A stretch of 64,000 nucleotides of DNA from a cyanobacterium endosymbiont of Rhopalodia gibba (GTDB lineage Bacteria > Cyanobacteriota > Cyanobacteriia > Cyanobacteriales > Microcystaceae). Shown piece by piece: positions 55,738-64,000 of this stretch. The stretch lies in contig CP067995.1 in NCBI GenBank assembly GCA_045159875.1, positions 896,001 through 960,000 of the forward strand. Reading direction: 5' to 3'. The position numbers were made by a program, and so were the translations under genes. Under the pieces are notes generated by a model. That model worked only from the letters and a program-made list of their open reading frames with translations. It was not told the origin of the DNA and made no database searches. How positions within the stretch are numbered: the stretch's first letter is position 1; the number at the start of each line of letters is the position of its first letter.

Positions 55738-56986
55738 GATAGACTTAAAATGGATAGTTTTAGATTTCTAGTGGTTTTACCACCTTATTCTAAATCGTAA
55801 ATGATTTCTAAGCCTAGGAAAATGGTTACTTTCTATGCTTCATAATCATCAATTTTGATCAAAAATACTCTACTATAGATGGTAATCTTGTGAGGTGTGA
55901 TGGATGAAAATACGAGGTGTAAAGTTTTTTTAGATTAAACATCATAAATGCGGTATTCATCAACTTCAGGGGGTTCTCGACGATACCGTCACAAGTTAGT
56001 GGGTCCCTATTGATGAAAACATAGACAAAAAGTTTCTCTTCCTCATCCCATGCCGTAGCCATTTTATAGTTATATTTGTAGCCTAGTTGATGAGCTTTAA
56101 CGAGAGATTTATCAATTCTTGATTGAAATGGATGAATTATACTTAAGTTTTCTTTTCATATCTGTATTGATTTGCTTACCTTATCTTGGACTAGGTGAAG
56201 TTCTAAGTTACACCTCACTTATTTTGATCATCCATTTAGGTAAAGTTTAGCTAAAACTAGTAATATAGGCTACCAGTTAGAAATTGATAGATAAACTTGA
56301 AGATAAACTATATAAAAGCATAGGTAGTAGCTAAAGTTAAAGAGTAGAAAACTCAGATAAAAGAGCAGATTTTAAAAATAAAAGATCAATGTGGAGACTT
56401 GTATATAGAAATTAAGTTTTATTTGGACTTCTACCTGAGATGTTTGACGATTTATTCGATGCTCAGAAATCTGGTCTTATGATTAGAAATAGCTAAAAAT
56501 TGACTATTCTTAGTCATATCAAGAAAATACCAGTCAGTTAAAAGCCTAGAAATAGAAAAAGATGGTAAGATTGTTTATTTAAAATTCAAAGTGTTGAATT
56601 CTTTTTGAAATGATATAGTATAGTCCAGTTTTTAGACCATGCCTTGTCGAGACAGTAAAAACATAAGTAATGGGGCTAAAAAATTAATCGATGACTGATG
56701 TCAAATCTGAAGAGAGTTATCTCTTAAAGTTAACTTTGACCCTATTTTAGTTTGAGAGTATTTAAACTAAATTTTAATTCTCTTATTTTGATCTACTCAT
56801 TTTTTAAAATATTTAGTTATTATTAAACAATTCTAAGTTAATCCGATATATGGTAACTATTTTATTTATTCCGGACAACACATATTGTAGGAAACCGATC
56901 ATAATGTAACCCCTACAGACATTAAAATGACGAAGTCACTATTAACTGATGAGAGGAAAGGAATGGGGTAATCCTCTCCATAACAT

Positions 56987-58210
56987 TTAGATTATTGCCC
57001 CAAGTGCTGCTTCTAATGCAATTGAAATATGAGTCCAATGAGTTCCCCCCTGGCAAAAAACGATGTAAGGTTCTCGTAGGGGTCCGTCAGCAGAAAGTTC
57101 TGAGGTACTTCCATCCACAAAAGTTCCTCCAGCCATCACTAATTGACTTTCATATCCTGGCATTGTAGCGGGAACGGGGTCTAGATAGGAACCTACTGGA
57201 GAACAGCTTTGAATTGCTCGGCAGAAGGCAATTAATTTCTCTGGAGAACCTAGTTGAATTGCCTGAATAACATCCCGACGGGGAACCAACGGCAACGGAT
57301 TAACAGGATATCCTAATTTGTTGAAAACATGGGCGATTAAATGAGTTCCTTTGACTGCTTCCCCTACTATTTGTGGGGCTAAAAACAATCCCTGAAATAA
57401 CAACCGATTTTGATTAAAAGTTGCTCCTCCTTCTGTGCCAATTCCTGGAGCAGTTAAGCGACAAGCTGCCATTTCTACCAACTCTTTTTGTCCTGCAATA
57501 TAACCTCCGGCCGTGACTAAAGTTCCCCCAGGATTTTTAATCAAAGAACCTGCCATCAAATCTGCACCGACGGCTGTAGGCTCAATGGTTTCAATAAATT
57601 CCCCATAGCAATTATCCACAAAACAAACTGTATTAGGGTTTTGCCGTTTAATGACAGCAATAATTTCTTCTATTTCTGCAATCGAGAGGCTTTTTCGCCA
57701 AGAATAGCCACATGAACGTTGAATCAGAACAAGTCGAGTATTGTCCCTAATAGCAGTTTTTAAAGTTGCCCAATCGAGGGTTCCTGAATCAAGTAACGGC
57801 ACTTCTCGGTAATCAATGTTAAACTCCTTCAAGGAACCTTGATAATTCCCTCGTAGTCCGATAACCTCTTCGAGGGTGTCATAGGGAGAACCAGTAACTG
57901 ACAACATTTCATCCCCTGGACGGAGAATACCGAATAAAGCACAGGTTATCGCATGGGTCCCTGAGACAAATTGTACTCGAACGACAACTGTTTGAGCTCC
58001 CATAACTTCTGCAAAAACCTTATCTAGGGTTTCTCGTCCTAAGTCGTCGTGTCCATAGCCACTAACACTGGCAAAATGGTGAACTCCAACCCGGTGAAGA
58101 CGAAAAGCACTTAAGATTTTTTTGAGATTTTGCTTGACCTTCGCGTCGATTTCCGAAAAAATTGGAAGGAGTTCTTTTTCGGACTCTTCTAGAATCGTTC
58201 TGCTTTTCAT
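56987..58210 (-). CDS. PLP-dependent methionine gamma-lyase-like / aluminium-resistance (YnbB) family protein
   Basis: GYGHDDLGRE, VSGTHAI, IQRSCGY, VDNCYGEF, AGSLIKNPGG and ELSADGP motifs; likely ATG at 58210. Confidence 0.9.
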   Translation of the reverse strand: MKSRTILEESEKELLPIFSEIDAKVKQNLKKILSAFRLHRVGVHHFASVSGYGHDDLGRETLDKVFAEVMGAQTVVVRVQFVSGTHAITCALFGILRPGDEMLSVTGSPYDTLEEVIGLRGNYQGSLKEFNIDYREVPLLDSGTLDWATLKTAIRDNTRLVLIQRSCGYSWRKSLSIAEIEEIIAVIKRQNPNTVCFVDNCYGEFIETIEPTAVGADLMAGSLIKNPGGTLVTAGGYIAGQKELVEMAACRLTAPGIGTEGGATFNQNRLLFQGLFLAPQIVGEAVKGTHLIAHVFNKLGYPVNPLPLVPRRDVIQAIQLGSPEKLIAFCRAIQSCSPVGSYLDPVPATMPGYESQLVMAGGTFVDGSTSELSADGPLREPYIVFCQGGTHWTHISIALEAALGAII

Positions 58211-58453
58211 TTGTTTTCCAAAAGTACAATTCCCTTGCCAATGATTACTGATTCTCAAGGCGAAACAGTTATTTCTGTCAAATATGGGAATCTAGGCTAG
58301 TTCAATTATGGTATAATGCGAGGATAATCGTTTTCGTGAAAACCCTAATAATCTAATTTTCATGACCGATTTTCTTCATAATTGAAAAGCTAGTTTTTAA
58401 GTTACGCACTTTGGCATAACCTCGTCTGAATACGTTTACATTTAGGTTACTAT

Positions 58454-59278
58454 ATGACTGTTGCTACCGCTCAAAAACTTCCCCTCGACTGGACAGTTAT
58501 CATATATATGGCTACGATTCATCTAGTAGCATTACTGTCTTTATTGCCTAGCAATTTTAGTTGGGGAGCAGTTGGTGTTACATTTTTTCTATATTGGGTA
58601 ACAGGAGCTTTAGGGATTACCCTAGGATTTCATCGTATGGTTACTCATTCTAGTTTTCAAGCTCCAAAATGGCTAGAATACACACTCGTTTTTTGTGGAA
58701 CTTTAGCCTGTCAAGGTGGACCCATTCGATGGGTTGGTTTACATCGACTTCATCACAAGTATTCTGACACTGAAAAGGATCCTCATGATTCCAATTTAGG
58801 ATTCTGGTGGAGTCACATGGGATGGATGCTACATGAAATTACTGCTGATAATGAAGTTCCCCGTCATACTCAAGATATCGCGGAAGAACCCTTTTATCAA
58901 TTTTGTCAAAAGTATATGATTCTGATTCAAATGGCATTAGGAGTACTCCTTTATTTCTTAGGAGGATGGTCTTTCGTTATTTGGGGAATTTTTGTTCGTC
59001 TAGTAATAGTTTTTCATTTTACTTGGTTTGTCAACAGTGCTACCCATAAATTTGGCTATCAAAGTCATGAATCTAACGATCATTCTAAAAACTGTTGGTG
59101 GGTGGCTCTTCTTACTTTTGGAGAAGGTTGGCACAATAATCACCATGCTTATCAATATTCTGCCCGTCATGGTTTAGCTTGGTGGGAAATTGATATTACT
59201 TGGATGACCATTCAAGTATTAAAATCACTAGGGTTAGCAACTAATATTAAATTAGCTCCAAGTCGAGAAACAAACTAA
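58454..59278 (+). CDS. desC: Acyl-lipid delta-9 desaturase
   Basis: His boxes HRMVTH, HRLHH and GEGWHNNHH. Confidence 0.93.
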   Translation: MTVATAQKLPLDWTVIIYMATIHLVALLSLLPSNFSWGAVGVTFFLYWVTGALGITLGFHRMVTHSSFQAPKWLEYTLVFCGTLACQGGPIRWVGLHRLHHKYSDTEKDPHDSNLGFWWSHMGWMLHEITADNEVPRHTQDIAEEPFYQFCQKYMILIQMALGVLLYFLGGWSFVIWGIFVRLVIVFHFTWFVNSATHKFGYQSHESNDHSKNCWWVALLTFGEGWHNNHHAYQYSARHGLAWWEIDITWMTIQVLKSLGLATNIKLAPSRETN

Positions 59279-59292
59279 TTTACTTTTAAAAG

Positions 59293-59343
59293 TTACCTGA
59301 ATTTTCTGGGGTAGGTATTGCTTGTCCCAGAAAATTTAGGTAA
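59293..59343 (+). terminator. 18-bp hairpin after desC
   Basis: ttacctgaattttctggg-N15-cccagaaaatttaggtaa with one G-U pair. Confidence 0.7.
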
Positions 59344-60743
59344 TTTAGTTACTAGTCCTTTCAATTACAATCGTAATAATTTACCGTAAACTTCTTCGAC
59401 GGATAATTCTATATTTTAAGCAATCCTATCAAAGAGAGTGAGATTTAGTATGAATACTCTAAAATAATGCTAAATAAATCCGATGCTAACTCACACAAAG
59501 GGTTAAGCTTTAGTAAATTTAAAATAGGTAATTTTTTTGCTGTTTGAGTGAGGTTTGGAATTGATTATAACATCTCTAATGATTACTCCTGCGTGACGAT
59601 TATTTCTATTTTGTCATGAATTTTATTTATAAATTATTTTAAAAAACTCTCATCTGTTTAACATTCTAAAAATTTGAAAAAGTATAGACATTTCATCTAG
59701 ATTAATTAACACAACGCGCTGTAATTGATATCCTACATTTTTCAGTAATTTCCATTATTGATTTAGATTTAAACCCATAATAACGCGATTCTGCGCAAGA
59801 GAATAATTACAATTATCTAGAGTTTCTACGATAATTTTACTTAAAATTAAGCTCTGTTGTTGAATATTTTGATGTAATTGATGATGATTTAGACGTATAT
59901 ACTCTATCAAGTTCTATTCCTAACATAGGATAGGATTCTATCTCCCGCCTCTAAAACAAAACTTCGTATATAGACAACTTTATTAATGCGAGCAATTATT
60001 CCTGAAATTACCGTCAAACTATGTTTAACTAAAGCCATATTGAACAGTATAAGTCTAATGGCGATCATGTTCTGTGAATTAACAGGTACCGAGAATATGA
60101 ACGTTTCAAATAATCTCTTGATTTTCTTAGAAATTGACCTGTCTTTGACAGTGTAAAGATGGGGCAGATTAAAAATTTCTTTTAAGAAAGGGGAATAGTT
60201 AGTATTGGCAGGAATTCAAAAGTAAGATCTTTTTATAAATGTCCTTTGAGTGATTGGATAGGATTAATTTACAGTTATATCTCAATAATTTTAAGCTGGA
60301 TTTAAACTCGATTTCTTCGATTCTTGTTTGGTTACTGCCTAGGTAATTTGTAAGCTCTTAAGATATTGTCCAATACACTTAAGTAATATAGGTCCGAACC
60401 ATTTTATTTTTGATCTTACTGTCCAATAGATTCATCTTTAATTTACTAATTTTTTTTTAACAGATTAACAATTAATTGATCACTAAACAGTCCGAAAACT
60501 AAGATGTTTCTTAACTGTTGTCCAGTATAGATAAGCTTTTTTTATAATGTTTTCTGTTAATTTATTAATACTTAAAAGTGTTTAAAAAATCAATTTCAAG
60601 AGTAGTATAAAGTCTTTTAACTCGTGGGTTAGGGTGAATTGTTTAATCAGATATTGTGATTAATTAATAATGATTGTCTACCCACTCTACACCAAGGTTT
60701 AACATTTTGCCGATAAATAGGCTTTAAGATTGTATTGGGAGTA

Positions 60744-60793
60744 TTCTTCCTCCCTTCTTCCTCTTCCTTTTCCTTTTCCTTTTCCCTTTTTTT
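60744..60793 (+). repeat. 50-nt pure polypyrimidine tract with (CCTTTT)n units
   Basis: ttcttcctcccttcttcctcttccttttccttttccttttcccttttttt ends 2 nt before the fmt ATG. Confidence 0.9.
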
Positions 60794-60795
60794 AT

Positions 60796-61791
60796 ATGCA
60801 GGTTATTCTTTTTGGAACCCCCCAATTTGCCGTCCCTACGTTGCAACGATTGCTAGATCATCCTGATTGTAAAGTTATAGGAGTCGTTACTCAACCCGAT
60901 AGAAGACGGGGACGTGGTAAGCAATTAGTACCTTCTGCTGTCAAAAAAGTTGCTCTACAACATAATTTACCTGTCTGGCAACCTAAAAGAATCAGAAATG
61001 CGCAAAAAATCCTGTCTGAGCTTAGAGAAGCCCGGGCAGATGCCTTTGTTGTGGTGGCTTATGGACAAATTCTGTCCCCTGAGATCTTATCTATTCCTAA
61101 ACTGGGCTGTATTAATGTTCACGGCTCAATTTTGCCCCAATACCGCGGAGCGGCCCCCATTCAGTGGAGTGTATATAACGCGGAGCAACAAATAGGGGTT
61201 ACTACTATGTTAATGAATGAGGGAATGGATACAGGAGATATATTGCTTAAATCTGTGAAATCTATTGGCTTATTAGATAATTATCAGCAAATTGCTGAAG
61301 AACTGGCTCAAAATGGAGCAGATTTGTTGTTAGAAACCTTACAAAAACTAGAAGTTGGAGGTATTATTGCCACTCCTCAAGATCCAACAGAAGCCACCTA
61401 CGCCCCACTAATTCAAAAATCTGACTATGAAATTAATTGGTCCAAATCTGCAATCGCCGTCCATAATCAAGTGCGGGGATTCTACCCTAATTGTATCACC
61501 AATTTCCGTGATCAATCCCTGAAAGTTATGGCGACCATTCCGTTAGAAGATATTGATTGGGAGTCTTTACCCTCGGTGTTTCAACCCCTTCGGCAACAAT
61601 CAACAAAATTACCAACTCTTCAAGGAAAACCAGGGGAAATTATGAGTAACATTAAAAACTTTGGACCTGTGGTACAGACAGGAAGAGGACTGCTTCTCTT
61701 AAGAGAAGTACAATTATCGGGAAAACGCCGTCAGTCAGGGTGGGATTTTTTTAATGGAACTCGTGTAAGTGTGGGAGAAATCTTTTTTTGA
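60796..61791 (+). CDS. fmt: Methionyl-tRNA formyltransferase
   Basis: FGTPQFAVP, VTQPDR..GRG, VVAYGQIL, INVHGSILP.YRGAAPIQ and GMDTGD motifs. Confidence 0.97.
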   Translation: MQVILFGTPQFAVPTLQRLLDHPDCKVIGVVTQPDRRRGRGKQLVPSAVKKVALQHNLPVWQPKRIRNAQKILSELREARADAFVVVAYGQILSPEILSIPKLGCINVHGSILPQYRGAAPIQWSVYNAEQQIGVTTMLMNEGMDTGDILLKSVKSIGLLDNYQQIAEELAQNGADLLLETLQKLEVGGIIATPQDPTEATYAPLIQKSDYEINWSKSAIAVHNQVRGFYPNCITNFRDQSLKVMATIPLEDIDWESLPSVFQPLRQQSTKLPTLQGKPGEIMSNIKNFGPVVQTGRGLLLLREVQLSGKRRQSGWDFFNGTRVSVGEIFF

Positions 61792-62759
61792 TTAGCTTTA
61801 AGATGATTTATGGGCTCATATAGATAGTATTCCTCATACTATCGGTTAAAATTTACTAAACAGAGTATTGTTTTCTAAATAGGTTGTAAGACAGTAACCA
61901 GTATTTCCAATGATCCAACAGCTATCCAATAGTTTTTTTCTGAGGGGTTAAGTTGATTAGACCTAAAAAAACTTAGTTCCTTATTTTTTTAGGTGAGAAT
62001 GTTTCTTTTTTGATAAGCAACTATTGAATGACCGATAAAGTAAAAAGTAACTTTGGAAAAAGATATTATGGTGAGCAATTAAGCCCGAAGGATAAATTTT
62101 AAACCCTAAAATTAAATAATTCCCAACTAATAAAATAAAATAACTCCTCAATTACTTCTATTCAAAAGGACGAAGGACAAGTGGACGGAAGTTGGATATT
62201 GACAGATAAACTTGAATATAATCTAGTTCAGAAACATAAAGCAATTGTAAAAAATAAAGGACAGAAAATTGAAAAAACAGAGGAGATTGTCAAAACAGGA
62301 AACGGCTATCGGGACTTTTATAAAGAAATCGATAGCTAAAACTAAGTGCTCTCATACTTGAGCACTGAATCTCAATATTCGGACTATAGCTGTTAATTCG
62401 AGATCTTTGATCATTTATCTCATAACTAGGAATTAAGTTTGATGGTAGAAAGATCTAAATATCTACAGATATTAGTAAAAAAGAGAAAAGTAGCATTTCG
62501 TTAAAAACTTAGATATAAAGGAAAATAGAACGAACGTTTATTCATAAAGAGTTATAGAAAGTCAAGTTTTTAAAAAGTTTTTATAAAAAATATTGTTATA
62601 TTCTATTTGTCCAAAATAATTAAAACTTAAATAAAGAATTATCTCTTAAAGTTAACCGCGATCTTGCTTTAAAAAATTTAAACCAAAATCTAGTCCCCTA
62701 AGTAACTATTTTGTCAACCTCCAATCATAATTAGAATATTTCTCTAACCTAATAAAGGA

Positions 62760-64000
62760 AGAGGAAAATCTGTACGGAATTTGCTTAAAATCTATTGATC
62801 TAAATTCTCCAAAGCACGATTACGGTATTGTTCGTAGCGTTCTCGTTTATTGCGAACTTTCTGTGGTAATTTCGGGATAATACCAAAATTAGGCGGCATC
62901 GGTTGAAAATATTTGGGAGATGTATTGCTAATAAATTCAAATAACGCTCCTATCATAGTCATTTTAAGAATAGTTTCAGGATTAAATCCTGAAACTACTA
63001 ACCGTACAGTATTTATCCCGGCTAACCAACCTCCAGCTGTGGCTGCTGTATATCCTTCTGTTCCTACTAATTGACCAGCTGCTAATAAGGTAGAACGAGA
63101 TTTAAACCGTAAAGTAGGTTCGAGTAATTGAGGAAAATCAATAAAAGTATTGCGGTGCATGACCCCCATACGAACAAATTCTGCTTTTTCCAACCCTGGA
63201 ATTAATCTAAATATTCGTTTTAGCTCTCCCCAATGCAAATTGGTTTAAAACCCTACCATGTTTCATCAACGACCATTTTTGCTCTTGTGGCGTAGTTGTA
63301 GCACTCCATAAGGGCATTTTTCTTTATTTTCAGGATCGCGGAAGTTTCCTAAACGGGGATTAAATGGTCCTACCGGTTTCACCGGGCTATAGCGGATGGT
63401 ATTTTCTCTGCGCTTAATCCATTCTTCTATAAAAAGACAACCTTCGAAAAATTTAACAGTTTCTTGCTCAAAATCCTTTAATTTTACTTATTATGTTCGA
63501 CATAATTCCTCTCGAAAGTGTAGATATGGTTTTTCTGGCTTCCCCTTTCTTATAACGGGAAGCCAGAAAAACCATATTACGGTTAATGGAATCCCCGACA
63601 ATGATGGGACTAGCTGTATCAAAAAAGCTTAAATAGTCCATTCCTGTAAACTTTCGTAAGTCCTCTGCTAAAGCCGGAGTAGTTAGCGGTCTGGTAGTAA
63701 AGACAATCATCTCTTATGAGGTAATTCTTGCTGTTTCTACTCTTTTTAAAGTGATTAGAGAATGTTTGGCTAGAGCTTGGGTTTATTCATGGTTAAAGAT
63801 TCCTCGAGCTATTGTTAATGCACCTCCTGCAGGGATTGAATTTTTATCGACAGATTGAATGATGATTGATTCTAGATGGCGTAATTCTTCCTGGAAGAGT
63901 CCAGAAACGCGATCGCTTGACATTGCCCTAAAAAAGTTACTACAAACCAATTCAGCTAATTCTTCGCTATGGTGTACTGGACTTGTTGTGTGGGGATGCA
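62760..64000 (-). pseudogene. trmFO: FAD/folate-dependent tRNA m5U54 methyltransferase pseudogene (5' end outside window)
   Basis: [53 protein letters not shown] and FQPMPPNFG split over several frames with stops. Confidence 0.92.

Noticed and set aside
60730..60795. PFPFPF N-terminal extension of Fmt in the ORF track
   Set aside because: Translation of the pyrimidine tract from an upstream TTG; homology begins at ATG 60796.
56717..62656. 18-bp exact match ttatctcttaaagttaac at 56717-56734 and 62639-62656
   Set aside because: Only two copies of a very AT-rich word, so plausibly chance.

Overview
AT-rich genome segment from a unicellular cyanobacterium (Cyanothece/Rippkaea/Crocosphaera-like proteins) undergoing reductive evolution. 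About 26 apparently intact CDSs cover only about 27 kb (roughly 43%) of the window; the rest is AT-rich spacer containing gene relics at different stages of decay. Intact genes are housekeeping, nitrogen, envelope and regulatory: separate CC-adding and A-adding tRNA nucleotidyltransferases, ROK kinase, gcvT, Na+/H+ antiporter, glnA with an intact NtcA promoter, clpS, murC-murB-ybaB, GST, furA, lipoate ligase, recN, cimA, nblS/hik33, desC and fmt. Photosynthesis-linked genes are broken: apcF, ycf34, APE1/DUF2854 and gap2 are pseudogenes, and gun4 has a stop at codon 10 from its upstream ATG. trmFO, a beta-CASP metallo-hydrolase and an osmoprotectant ABC transporter are also pseudogenes. This fits a non-photosynthetic cyanobacterial endosymbiont such as the spheroid body (diazoplast) of rhopalodiacean diatoms, which is my inference. 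The most unusual signals are (i) many long, unrelated, perfect inverted repeats with arms up to 29 bp, one inside the gun4 coding sequence, suggesting template-switch mutagenesis, and (ii) erosion of HIP1 (GCGATCGC) sites by C->T transitions at the methylatable cytosine. No CRISPR array, rRNA, tRNA or transposase was seen. All gene identifications come from recalled family motifs, not database searches.
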